NCBI GenBank assembly: GCA_002407855.1
Contig: DHPF01000017.1
Coordinates: forward strand, 74,383-138,382
DNA: 64,000 bases
Origin: Bacteroidales bacterium UBA5371
Lineage (GTDB): Bacteria > Bacteroidota > Bacteroidia > Bacteroidales > P3
Reading direction: 5' to 3'
The translations under genes and the position numbers were made by a program. The notes under the pieces were generated by a model. The model searched no databases and had not been told where the DNA came from. It saw only the letters and a list, made by a program, of their open reading frames with translations. Numbering within the stretch: position 1 is the stretch's first letter; the number at the start of each line of letters is the position of its first letter. Shown piece by piece: positions 49,109 to 58,435 of the stretch.

Positions 49109-50881
49109 ATGAAACAATTTTTTAAATTTATGTTCGCTTCTTGCTTAGGAGTGTTCTTATCCACAGTATTAGTAATAATACTCCTTTTTGCTATAGGAAC
49201 TTCAATTATAAGCTCCTCAACCAAGAGTGTTCCTAAAATAGAAGAAAACTCAGTCTTAGTTATAAAATTAGACAAACCTATTTACGACAGGGAAGTGTCT
49301 GATTTCTCTGCTTTGTTTACCCAAAGCCAAGAAGATATTGATATTAGTGCATCAATAGGGCTAACAGAGTTTATTTCAGTAATAAATAAGGCTAAAACAG
49401 ACCCAAAAATCAAAGCTATAATGTTAGATTTATCTTATCTTCAAGCTAAAGGTTGGGCAACTGTTCAAGAAATGAGAGATGCCTTAGTTGATTTTAAAAC
49501 ATCTAAGAAAAAGATATATGCTTTTTCCGATAGCTATTCTCAAAACGCATATTATCTTGCAACCGTAGCAGATCAAATCTCTCTTAATCCAGTTGGAAAT
49601 TTACAATTAACAGGGCTTGGAGGGCAGGTTATGTTCGTAAAAGACCTTTTGAATAAGTTTGAAATAGATGTTGAACTCATACGTCCTGCCAATAACGATT
49701 ACAAAAGTGCAGGCGAAATGTTTGTAAACAGCAAGATGAGTGAAGCCAATAGAACACAAGTTAAGGCATATATCGGTTCCATTTGGGAATATATTGCAAA
49801 TGATATGTCTCAATCAAGAAAGATAGATATTGCAACTTTCAATAATAATGTATCTAATCTTGAAACCTTTATTGCAGCAGATGCTTTAAAGAACAAATAT
49901 GTTGATAACCTAACTTTTAGAACTGATTTGCAAGATAAAATCAAGAAAGATTTGAAATTGGAAAAAGTTAATTGGGTTCAATATAAGAAGTATAGAAGTT
50001 CAATAGTTGATATAATGCCAAAGGGTAAAGACCAAATAGCAGTAATTTATGCTTTTGGCGATGTTGGACAAGGTAAAGGTGGAGATTTGTCTATTGGGAG
50101 TGAAACAATAGTAAGAGAACTAAAAAGAGCGACAGATAATAGTAGGGTTAAAGCCATTGTCCTTAGAATTAATTCTGGTGGAGGCGATGCAATAGCTTCT
50201 GAACAAATGACAAATGAAGTAATAAAAGCTAATAAAATAAAGCCTGTTATTGTTTCAATGGGTGATGTTGCAGCCTCAGCAGGCTATGAAATGGCTTGCG
50301 GAGCAACAAAGATTGTTGCTAATCCAACAACCATTACAGGTTCAATAGGAGTCTTTGGAGTGGTTCCAAACTTTGGCAAAGCATTGAAAAAAAGCATAGG
50401 AATAGGATTTGACACTATTCAAACAAACAAAAATTCAATCTTCCTATCAGCCGTATCACCTATGTCCTCAGACACAAGAATAGTTATGCAAAGGAGTATA
50501 GATGAGTTCTATAAGAACTTTGTTAATAGGGTTGCAACAGGAAGAAACAAAACAGAGCAGTATATAGATAGCGTTGCAAAAGGTAGGGTTTGGTCAGGCA
50601 AAGACGCAAAGGCATTAGGTTTGATTGATGAATTTGGAGGCTTGAACAAAGCAATAGAAATTGCAGCTAAGGAGGCTAAAATCAAGGACTATGGAATAAT
50701 TCCTCTTCCACGAACAAAAGATATAACAGAGCAAATATTTAGTGCAATGGGACAGGAAGCTGAGTTAAAGCTTTTTGCTAAAAACTTAGGTAAACCATAT
50801 TCTTTCTTCTTAGAACTTAAAAGCATTTCCGACATGAAAGGTGTTCAAGCGAGAATACCTTATATAATTAGTTTTGAATAA
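49109..50881 (+). CDS. sppA: signal peptide peptidase SppA, 67K type
   Basis: 590 aa with N-terminal TM and two S49 peptidase repeats. Confidence 0.88.
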   Translation: MKQFFKFMFASCLGVFLSTVLVIILLFAIGTSIISSSTKSVPKIEENSVLVIKLDKPIYDREVSDFSALFTQSQEDIDISASIGLTEFISVINKAKTDPKIKAIMLDLSYLQAKGWATVQEMRDALVDFKTSKKKIYAFSDSYSQNAYYLATVADQISLNPVGNLQLTGLGGQVMFVKDLLNKFEIDVELIRPANNDYKSAGEMFVNSKMSEANRTQVKAYIGSIWEYIANDMSQSRKIDIATFNNNVSNLETFIAADALKNKYVDNLTFRTDLQDKIKKDLKLEKVNWVQYKKYRSSIVDIMPKGKDQIAVIYAFGDVGQGKGGDLSIGSETIVRELKRATDNSRVKAIVLRINSGGGDAIASEQMTNEVIKANKIKPVIVSMGDVAASAGYEMACGATKIVANPTTITGSIGVFGVVPNFGKALKKSIGIGFDTIQTNKNSIFLSAVSPMSSDTRIVMQRSIDEFYKNFVNRVATGRNKTEQYIDSVAKGRVWSGKDAKALGLIDEFGGLNKAIEIAAKEAKIKDYGIIPLPRTKDITEQIFSAMGQEAELKLFAKNLGKPYSFFLELKSISDMKGVQARIPYIISFE

Positions 50882-50999
50882 GAAATAAACAACTTATTTC
50901 AAGCTTTACCCAAAAGGATAGCTTGGTGTTATTTTTTATATTGTGTATTTTAGAAAAACACATTAAATAATTGTGGCGTAGAGTTTAAATAAAAATAAA

Positions 51000-51082
51000 T
51001 TAGAACTTAGTTTTACGGATTTAGAACTTGATTCCAATTAGACAGAACTAAGTTCTAATTTTACCAAACTAAGTTCTATTCA
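51000..51082. repeat. family-A variant array (core CTAAGTTCTAAT / TTAGAACTTAG): 2 reverse (51000, 51021) facing 2 forward (51048, 51069)
   Basis: 21-bp spacing within each half; located between convergent sppA and queG. Confidence 0.8.
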
Positions 51083-51112
51083 TCACTCTAACTATTCTCA
51101 ATAATTTTAATC

Positions 51113-52036
51113 TTAAATTTTACGAGCCTTTTCTATATTAGAGATAAATTTTTCGTATTTTATTCTTTGGATAGGGGAGTTTTTCTTTGCTTTTTTAAAT
51201 AGGAGTTTATCCATTTCATCTTTGTTCATTGCCATAAGCAAGTCTTGCATATCAGGATTAAGTCCAAGTATTTTAGAGTCCTTAATTGCTGTTTTTTGAT
51301 TCCATGGACAAGTGCTTAAACACACATCGCAACCAAAGACATAGCCATTTAATTCTATATTATTTGGAATACTATCCTTGTTTTCAATGGTTTGATACGA
51401 TGAACAAAGATTTGCATTGATTATATTGTCATTAAGAATTGCTTTATTGGGGCAAGACCCAATGCAATTTACACAATCTTTGCATAAATCCTCTTCTAAA
51501 TAAGTGTTATAATCAGTTGAGTAATTTGTTATAATTTCTCCGATAAGTATCTTGCTTCCAAATGTTTTATTTATTAAAAGAGAATTTTTTCCAATCCAAC
51601 CTAAGCCCGATTCTTTTGCTATTAATTTTTCAAATAACGGGGCAGAATCAATGCAAACTTTGGCTTGGAAATCAGGATATATATCTTGTATGCAGTTGAT
51701 TAAGTTGTAAAGGGCTTGTTTTATTGATTTATGATAGTCATTATAGAGACTATATGAGGCAAACTTTAAGGGGTTATTATTCTTGTTATCAGTTGTTTCA
51801 ATATTATATGATGTTATAAAACTAATGATGGATTTTGAATTTTCAAGTAGGAGAGAGGGCTTTCTTCTTATTTCAAGATAATTCTCTAAGTACTGCATTT
51901 CAGCGTTATACCCTTTGTTTAACCAGTTAGAAAAGCTAAAAGTATCAAATTCTTTTACCTTAATTGCTCCACAGTCCTGAAAACCAATTTTTAAGGCTAA
52001 GGATTTTATGATTTGAAAGTCAATAAACTTATCCAT
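51113..52036 (-). CDS. queG: epoxyqueuosine reductase
   Basis: 307 aa with ferredoxin-type motifs (CKDCVNCIGSCP; a second Cys cluster CDVCLSTCP). Confidence 0.82.
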   Translation of the reverse strand: MDKFIDFQIIKSLALKIGFQDCGAIKVKEFDTFSFSNWLNKGYNAEMQYLENYLEIRRKPSLLLENSKSIISFITSYNIETTDNKNNNPLKFASYSLYNDYHKSIKQALYNLINCIQDIYPDFQAKVCIDSAPLFEKLIAKESGLGWIGKNSLLINKTFGSKILIGEIITNYSTDYNTYLEEDLCKDCVNCIGSCPNKAILNDNIINANLCSSYQTIENKDSIPNNIELNGYVFGCDVCLSTCPWNQKTAIKDSKILGLNPDMQDLLMAMNKDEMDKLLFKKAKKNSPIQRIKYEKFISNIEKARKI

Positions 52037-52041
52037 TATAA

Positions 52042-55000
52042 TTAGAAATTCCTTTTCTCTACTTCGTAGGAATAAATAGTTTTATTCTCCAACATTCCTT
52101 TTATTGCTTCTAAGAATTTCTTTATTGAAACAGAATGTTTTCTTGCTTTTAGTGTTACTTCAATATCTTCAAAGCCATCTTTTACAAAGAATGTTAGATT
52201 TGCTTTCCCTTTTGATTTTTTGGCAATATTAGTTATTTCTGTAACGAAATTCTCTGTTATGTTCTCCAAAGGTATTATTAATTTAATCCCTTTTCCATAA
52301 TTGTCAAGCAGTTCGTCTAATGGTTCAATTTCCTGTATTTTAAATTCTAATGTGTCTTTGGATATATCATCTCCCCATCCTTTTTTCTTTACGGTGGCTT
52401 TTATTATAACAAACAAGCCTTCAATCACATATTTATTGAAATTAATATAGTCTTTTCCAAAAAGAGCAATCTCTCTACTTGCTGTTTCGTCCTCAAAGAC
52501 AAACTTACCAAAGGCTTTACCTGTTTTGGTTGTCTTTTGTTCGCAATTAGTCATTGTCCCAGTAATATAAAGAGTCTTATCTTCAAAAGAGCTTAAATCT
52601 TCTGTCAATTCTTCAAGAGTGGTGTTTTCAAAGAGCTTCTTTTCAAGAGCAAACTTATCCAAAGGATGCCCAGATAAATAGAAACCTATTGATTCTTTTT
52701 CGTATTTGAGGAGTTCATTATTTGTCCAATGCTCACATTGAGGGATTTCAGGCTCATATAAAACATTATCTTCCAAATCTCCAAACAAAGAAACTTGAGA
52801 AGAATTTTCATCTTCCTTAAATTTATTTCCATATTTTATTAATCGTTCAATAAGGGATTCTTCTCCATTATTAGAGGTCTTAATCATTTGAAAATATTGT
52901 GCTCTATGAACATTCTCAAAGCTATCAAAAGCTCCTGCACTTATTAAGGCTTCAATGCATCTTTTATTTATAGTTTTAAGACTAACCCTTTTAATGAAAT
53001 CAAAAGGACTTGTGTAGATTCCATTCAATTCTCTTTCTTTTATTATCTCTTCTCCTGCATTTGCTCCAACGCTCTTAATGGCAGCCAATCCAAAACGTAT
53101 TTCTCCCTTTTTATTAACAGTAAAATCAAGGTCAGATTCATTAATATCGGGACCAAGAACAGGGATTTTCTGTCGTTGTGTTTCTTCAATATAATAGGTT
53201 ATCTTCTTAATGTCATTAAGGTTATGAGTAAGAACAGAAGCCATATATTCAGCAGGATAATGAGCTTTTAGCCATGCAGTTTGGTAGGCAATATAAGCAT
53301 AACAGGTAGAGTGTGATTTGTTGAAAGCGTATTCAGCAAATTTTTCCCAATCATGCCATATCTTCTCAACCAAAGTAGCGTCTAATCCATTTTCTTTACT
53401 TCCTTTAATAAACTTCTCTTTAAGCTCGTCCATTTCAGCTCTCTTTTTCTTTCCCATAGCCTTACGAAGTTTATCAGCTTCTCCTTTTGTGAAACCTGCA
53501 ATGGCTTGTGAAAGTTGCATAACTTGCTCTTGATAAACAGTAATCCCATAAGTCTCGTCCAAATATTTTTCCATTATTTCAGGAAACTCGTAATGGACTT
53601 TCTCTATCTTGTGTTTTCTTGCAATATAGTTAGGAATATACTGCATTGGACCAGGACGATAAAGAGCATTCAAAGCAATTAAATCTTCAAACCTATCGGG
53701 TTTAAGATATTGCATATGTTGTCGCATACCATCACTTTCAAATTGGAAAGTCCCAATAGAGTCTCCTCTTTGGAAGAGTTCATAGGTTGCCTCATCGTTT
53801 AATGGAATCTCTCTTGGATTTATATGTATTTGATGAGTTTTCTGAATATTAACACAAGCATCCTTAATTATTGAAAGCGTCTTTAAACCTAAGAAGTCCA
53901 TCTTTATCATTCCAACATCCTCCACAAACTTTCCCTCAAATTGAGTAATCATTGTCTCAGAATCTTTTGCAGAAGCCAGAGGTATATATTTAGATAACTC
54001 ATCAGGGCCAATAATAACTCCGCAAGCATGCGTACCAATATTCCTAATAGAACCTTCAAGCTCTTTGGCAAACTTCAATGTCTTTTTAACTAAATCAGAA
54101 CCATTCTCCAAGGCAACCTTAAGTTCAGGGACTTCATTATAAGCTTGTTCAAGAGTTGTGCCAGGCTTCTCAGGAACAAGTTTAGATAATCTATTGGCTT
54201 CGTCTAAGGGCAATTCCAACACTCTTGCTACATCCTTAATAGAACTTTTGGCTGCCATTGAACCAAAGGTTATAATTTGAGCAACTTGGTCAGTACCATA
54301 TTTCTCTTGAACATATTCCAAGACCCTTGCTCTTCCGTCATCATCAAAATCAACATCAACATCAGGCAAAGAGATTCTATCAGGATTTAAAAACCTTTCA
54401 AATAAAAGTCCATACTTAATAGGGTCAATAGCAGTAATTCCTAAACAATACGCAACGACACTTCCTGCGGCAGAACCTCTTCCTGGTCCAACAATAACAT
54501 CTAATTTGTCCTGTGCATAGTTAATAAAATCCTGTACAATTAAGAAATAACCAGGAAAACCCATGTTTTCTATTGTGGCAAGTTCAAAATCAATTCTCTC
54601 ATTCAACTCATCAGATATTTCTTCTCCATAGCGTTTAGTTGCACCTATTGAAGTTAAATGTCGTAAATAAGCATTCTCAAATTTAGTTCTAATAATTCTA
54701 TCATAGCCTCCCTTTTTCTCAATAATTTCTTGTGAGAACTCTGATTCAATTATCTCCTTAGGATATTTCGTATAAAACTCATCAATTGAGCCAAAGCTCT
54801 CAGGAATATCAAACATAGGAAGAATAGGGTCTCGATTTAATTCATACTTCTCAACCTTATCAACAATCTCCTGAGTATTAGCAATTACCTCAGGAATATC
54901 CTTAAACAATTCTTCCATCTGCTCTTGGCTTCTTAAATACTCATTACCTGTATAAAGTAATTTAGTATCTTCACTTAGCTTTTTGCCAGTATTAAGACAG

Positions 55001-55662
55001 ATTAAAATTCTATGAGCATCAAAGTCAGAAGCATTAATATAGTGAACATCATTTGTAGCAATAACTTTCACTCCATACTTATTGGCAATTTCAATTAATA
55101 TAGCATTAACCTCTTTCTGCTCCTTTAAGCCATGGTTCTGAATCTCTAAATAGTAGTCATCACCAAAAACTTTCTTGTATTGCTCTACGGTGTTTTCAGC
55201 ATCCTTAATATTGTTTGAAAGAATAAATTGAGGAACAATACCTCCCAAACAAGCAGAAGTACAAATTAAACCCTCACTATATTCAAAAAGTAATTCTTTA
55301 TCAATTCTTGAAGTACGATAGAAAGCCTTTGGGTCAAAAGAAAAAGAATTTAGCTTCATTAGATTATGATATCCCTTCAAGTTTTTTGCAATAAGAATTA
55401 AATGATCTCCACTCATATTCTTTCCGTCTTTTGCAAACCGACTTCCCCTTGCAACATAAACCTCACAACCAATTAAAGGCTTAATCCCTGCTTTCTTTGC
55501 CTCATTGTGAAACTCCAAAACACCATACATATTTCCATGATCAGTAATTGCCAAAGCTTCCATAGAAAACTCCTTTGCCTTATTAATCAAACCGGAAATG
55601 CTCGCAGCACCATCTAAGATAGAATATTGAGAGTGAACGTGAAGATGTGTAAACTTAGCCAT
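52042..55662 (-). CDS. dnaE: DNA polymerase III alpha subunit
   Basis: 1206 aa with PHP domain start FTHLHVHSQYS; full-length DnaE layout. Confidence 0.95.
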   Translation of the reverse strand: MAKFTHLHVHSQYSILDGAASISGLINKAKEFSMEALAITDHGNMYGVLEFHNEAKKAGIKPLIGCEVYVARGSRFAKDGKNMSGDHLILIAKNLKGYHNLMKLNSFSFDPKAFYRTSRIDKELLFEYSEGLICTSACLGGIVPQFILSNNIKDAENTVEQYKKVFGDDYYLEIQNHGLKEQKEVNAILIEIANKYGVKVIATNDVHYINASDFDAHRILICLNTGKKLSEDTKLLYTGNEYLRSQEQMEELFKDIPEVIANTQEIVDKVEKYELNRDPILPMFDIPESFGSIDEFYTKYPKEIIESEFSQEIIEKKGGYDRIIRTKFENAYLRHLTSIGATKRYGEEISDELNERIDFELATIENMGFPGYFLIVQDFINYAQDKLDVIVGPGRGSAAGSVVAYCLGITAIDPIKYGLLFERFLNPDRISLPDVDVDFDDDGRARVLEYVQEKYGTDQVAQIITFGSMAAKSSIKDVARVLELPLDEANRLSKLVPEKPGTTLEQAYNEVPELKVALENGSDLVKKTLKFAKELEGSIRNIGTHACGVIIGPDELSKYIPLASAKDSETMITQFEGKFVEDVGMIKMDFLGLKTLSIIKDACVNIQKTHQIHINPREIPLNDEATYELFQRGDSIGTFQFESDGMRQHMQYLKPDRFEDLIALNALYRPGPMQYIPNYIARKHKIEKVHYEFPEIMEKYLDETYGITVYQEQVMQLSQAIAGFTKGEADKLRKAMGKKKRAEMDELKEKFIKGSKENGLDATLVEKIWHDWEKFAEYAFNKSHSTCYAYIAYQTAWLKAHYPAEYMASVLTHNLNDIKKITYYIEETQRQKIPVLGPDINESDLDFTVNKKGEIRFGLAAIKSVGANAGEEIIKERELNGIYTSPFDFIKRVSLKTINKRCIEALISAGAFDSFENVHRAQYFQMIKTSNNGEESLIERLIKYGNKFKEDENSSQVSLFGDLEDNVLYEPEIPQCEHWTNNELLKYEKESIGFYLSGHPLDKFALEKKLFENTTLEELTEDLSSFEDKTLYITGTMTNCEQKTTKTGKAFGKFVFEDETASREIALFGKDYINFNKYVIEGLFVIIKATVKKKGWGDDISKDTLEFKIQEIEPLDELLDNYGKGIKLIIPLENITENFVTEITNIAKKSKGKANLTFFVKDGFEDIEVTLKARKHSVSIKKFLEAIKGMLENKTIYSYEVEKRNF

Positions 55663-55697
55663 AAAAATTAGAATTTATTATAATAAAGAATCATCTG

Positions 55698-55705
55698 CAA
55701 AGATA
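55698..55705 (-). promoter_or_regulatory. -7 promoter box TATCTTTG upstream of dnaE
   Basis: Plus strand reads CAAAGATA 36 nt upstream of the start at 55662. Confidence 0.5.
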
Positions 55706-55844
55706 ATGAAGTTCCTACGCCAAAAGAAAAGAAAAAAGCGAAAAAGTTATTAACAATCCTCAAAAATAACCAAAATATAGCCATTTAAATCCTCCTTTTG
55801 ACACTCTTTTTAATCTTCCGAATAATATATCTTCAAAGAAATTG

Positions 55845-55852
55845 TATTTTTG
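55845..55852 (+). promoter_or_regulatory. -7 promoter box TATTTTTG immediately upstream of mnmA
   Basis: TAnnTTTG match ending 4 nt before the ATG at 55857, which implies a leaderless or near-leaderless mRNA. Confidence 0.5.
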
Positions 55853-55856
55853 CAAA

Positions 55857-56921
55857 ATGAAAATTGCGGCATTGGTTTCGGGAGGTGTGGATAGTTCGGT
55901 TGTGGTTCATCAGCTAAAAGAAATGGGCTACGACCCTACAATATTCTACATTAAAATAGGAATGGAAGACAAGGATGGTTATATTGACTGCCCTTCGGAA
56001 GAAGATATTGAGATAACTTCCTATATTGCCAAGAAATATGCTTGCAAATTTGAGATTGTTTCGCTTCAAGAGGATTATTGGAAGGAGGTTGTCTCCTACA
56101 CAATTGAGGCTGTTCGCAGGGGACTTACACCCAATCCAGATATGATGTGCAATAAGCTGATTAAGTTTGGAGCCTTTGAGAGAAAATGGGGAAAGGAGTT
56201 CGATAAGATTGCAACAGGACACTATTGCACAACGACTAAGATAGGGGAGAAGGTATTTCTCTCCACGGCAAAGGACAAACAAAAAGACCAAACTTATTTC
56301 TTGGGTCAGATAAACTATATGCAGGTTTCAAGATTAATGTTTCCTATTGGTAATCTCCTAAAATCTGAGGTTAGGAGTATTGCAAAGGATAATCATCTCC
56401 CAAGTGCCTACCGCAAGGATAGCCAAGGGATTTGTTTTTTAGGAAAGATAAACTATAATGATTTTATTCGCAGGTATTTGGGCGAAAGAAAAGGGGATAT
56501 TATTGAACTTGAAACGGGGAAAAAGATAGGCTCGCATAATGGATACTGGTTCCACACCATAGGACAACGCAAAGGACTGGGTTTGAGCGGAGGCCCTTGG
56601 TTTGTAGTTAGGAAAGATATAGAAGAAAATATACTCTACGTCTCACAAGGATACGACCCTCAAACTCAATACGGAAGGATAGTGAACCTAAGTGGTTTTG
56701 AGTTTATTACAGAAGATGTCTGGGGGAATTTTAATGACGAAAAACAAATAATGTTCAAAATCCGACATAGCCCAGAGTTCATTAAAGGAAAAGTAAGAAA
56801 AATTAAAGAGATATATACCATAGAATCAGAAGAAAAAATTCAAGGAATTGCCTCAGGTCAGTTTGGTGTGATATACGATAATGAAGGAAAACTATGCTTG
56901 GGTTCAGGCGTAATTATTTAG
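55857..56921 (+). CDS. mnmA: tRNA 2-thiouridine(34) synthase
   Basis: PP-loop motif [14 protein letters not shown] at 55857 is preferred over the TTG at 55842. Confidence 0.9.
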   Translation: MKIAALVSGGVDSSVVVHQLKEMGYDPTIFYIKIGMEDKDGYIDCPSEEDIEITSYIAKKYACKFEIVSLQEDYWKEVVSYTIEAVRRGLTPNPDMMCNKLIKFGAFERKWGKEFDKIATGHYCTTTKIGEKVFLSTAKDKQKDQTYFLGQINYMQVSRLMFPIGNLLKSEVRSIAKDNHLPSAYRKDSQGICFLGKINYNDFIRRYLGERKGDIIELETGKKIGSHNGYWFHTIGQRKGLGLSGGPWFVVRKDIEENILYVSQGYDPQTQYGRIVNLSGFEFITEDVWGNFNDEKQIMFKIRHSPEFIKGKVRKIKEIYTIESEEKIQGIASGQFGVIYDNEGKLCLGSGVII

Positions 56922-57531
56922 AATTCAACCTCTCTGCTCTGCGAAGAAGCCTGAGAATAGCCCTCTCTTCTTTGGCAATTTTCAACTCCTTAGTAACCCG
57001 ACGATTAATCTTTTGCAATTGCGTTAAATCGCTAATTCCCAATAGTTCAAGCTCTCTTAAAAACAATAAAGCACAAGCATAAGCATCCGAATCAGCATTA
57101 TGATGCTCCAACTCAATGTTTTCCTGCTTGCAAAGGAAATCTAAGGAAGCTTTCTTTGAGTCCTTCCAAACAATCCTTGCAGTACGATAAGAACAGAAGT
57201 AACGAAATTTTGGCTCCTCCAACTTATATTGCCCCAGGGTCTTACGCAAAACCCTTATATCAAAATCCGCATTATGAGCAACCAAGGTTTGATTCTCAAT
57301 AAAGGGCTTAATCTGGTGCCAGAGTTCATCAAACTCTGGTTCAAATTCAACATCCTCTTTGTGAATTCCATGAATCTTTTGTGCATAGAAGTGAAAATAA
57401 GGATAACAGGAAGGCTTAATCAGCCAATGTTTAACCTCCACAACCTTAGAGTTCCTCACAAGAGCAAGACCCAAAGAACAAGGATGAAAACTATCAGCAG
57501 TCTCAAAATCAATGGCAACAAAATCTATCAT
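56914..57531 (-). CDS. DnaQ-like 3'-5' exonuclease (DEDD family)
   Basis: ExoI motif [10 protein letters not shown]; later HNADFD and HNADSDA motifs; 205 aa. Confidence 0.8.
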   Translation of the reverse strand: MIDFVAIDFETADSFHPCSLGLALVRNSKVVEVKHWLIKPSCYPYFHFYAQKIHGIHKEDVEFEPEFDELWHQIKPFIENQTLVAHNADFDIRVLRKTLGQYKLEEPKFRYFCSYRTARIVWKDSKKASLDFLCKQENIELEHHNADSDAYACALLFLRELELLGISDLTQLQKINRRVTKELKIAKEERAILRLLRRAERLNSK

Positions 57532-57597
57532 AAACCGAATTAAAGTATTAGAAATTAACCTCTAAGGCCGCCCCTATGGAAGCCAAATACAATTGTG

Positions 57598-57605
57598 CAA
57601 AGGTA
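57598..57605 (-). promoter_or_regulatory. -7 promoter box TACCTTTG upstream of exonuclease gene
   Basis: Plus strand reads CAAAGGTA 67 nt upstream of the start at 57531. Confidence 0.4.
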
Positions 57606-57690
57606 GGAAGTTTTTTAATACTAATATAAATTTTTAACCCCAAGTTCCAAATTGCGATTATTGAATTAACACGTAGGGGATTGGAATTAA

Positions 57691-57765
57691 TTGGGCGAAC
57701 ACATTGATTTATTGGGCGAACACATTGATTTATTGGGCGAACACATTGATTTATTGGGCGAACAC
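57691..57765. repeat. family-C array: TTGGGCGAACACATTGATTTA, 3 perfect plus 1 partial unit, 21-bp period
   Basis: Direct reading; units start at 57691, 57712, 57733, 57754. Confidence 0.95.
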
Positions 57766-57824
57766 ATAGGTTCGCCCCTACAAACATTGAATTAACACGT
57801 AGGGGCGAACCTATGTGTTCGCCC
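57756..57824. repeat. perfect compound inverted repeat: 26-nt arms, 17-nt spacer, each arm itself an 8-bp GC-rich hairpin
   Basis: 57756-57781 GGGCGAACACATAGGTTCGCCCCTAC is the exact reverse complement of 57799-57824. Confidence 0.95.
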
Positions 57825-58000
57825 TAAATATCATATATTTGCCCAAAATATTTATATGTTCGCACCTAATATCCATATCCCAAAACAAAATATCCGTAAT
57901 AATCCAGAAAATATCCATCCTCCAAAACAAAACAACCGCCTCTGCCCAAAAAACAACCATAAAAAACCAAAAAATAACCTCCCCACAAAAAACAAGTCCC
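57812..58000. repeat. decaying reverse-orientation family-C units that keep a 21-bp phase
   Basis: TATGTGTTCGCCC, then AA(T/C)A(T/A)CC-type remnants at 57827, 57847, 57868, 57889, 57910, 57931, 57952, 57973. Confidence 0.7.
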
Positions 58001-58036
58001 ATTAAAAAACATTTAAGTGGAGTTTAAATTTGCTCA

Positions 58037-58330
58037 GGTTCCGTTAAAAAACGCTCCATGTTCCGTTTAAAGCACTTTTTTACCTCAAAAACGCCCCTTT
58101 CTTCCCTTTGCTTATACCCTAATTCCATATTTAAATCACTAAATTCCAGCCTGTTGCCATTAAAGAAAATCCCTATTATTTTTAACGGAACCCAAGCAAA
58201 TTTTAACGGAACCTGAGCGAAATTAGGTTCCGTTAAAAAACGCTCAGGTTCCATTAAAAAACGCTCAGGTTCCGTTAAAATTCGCTCAGGTTCCATTAAA
58301 AAACGCTTAGGTTCCGTTTAAGTTCAATCG
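58037..58330. repeat. family-D array (core GGTTCCGTTAAAAAACGCTCA): 2 forward, a degenerate stretch, 2 reverse, then 5 forward units
   Basis: Forward cores at 58037 and 58059, reverse AACGGAACC at 58184 and 58205, forward cores at 58226, 58247, 58268, 58289, 58310 (exact 21-bp steps). A 14-bp perfect inverted repeat sits at the junction (58201-58238). Confidence 0.9.
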
Positions 58331-58351
58331 GGTTAAGTTTCCTTTTATTTT

Positions 58352-58435
58352 ATCTCCATTAAATAATGCGGAAACGAAACTATTTGATAGAAAATCTCCA
58401 TTAAATAATACGGAAATGAGATTATAGGATAGAAA
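58352..58435. repeat. 42-bp (2x21) imperfect direct duplication ATCTCCATTAAATAAT(G/A)CGGAAA...
   Basis: Copies start at 58352 and 58394. Confidence 0.8.

Noticed and set aside
57548-58296. ORFs 57548-57787(-), 57811-58002(-), 57815-58027(+) and 58024-58296(-) in the repeat block (CVRPINQ x4 and EPERFLT-type heptads)
   Set aside because: They are translations of 21-bp tandem repeats (7 codons per unit). They have low-complexity composition and no recognisable domain. They overlap each other on both strands.
57691-58330. Possible CRISPR array
   Set aside because: The units are 21 bp with only about 8 variable nt, far too short for repeat plus spacer. The arrays invert orientation. No cas genes or leader-like region are in the window.
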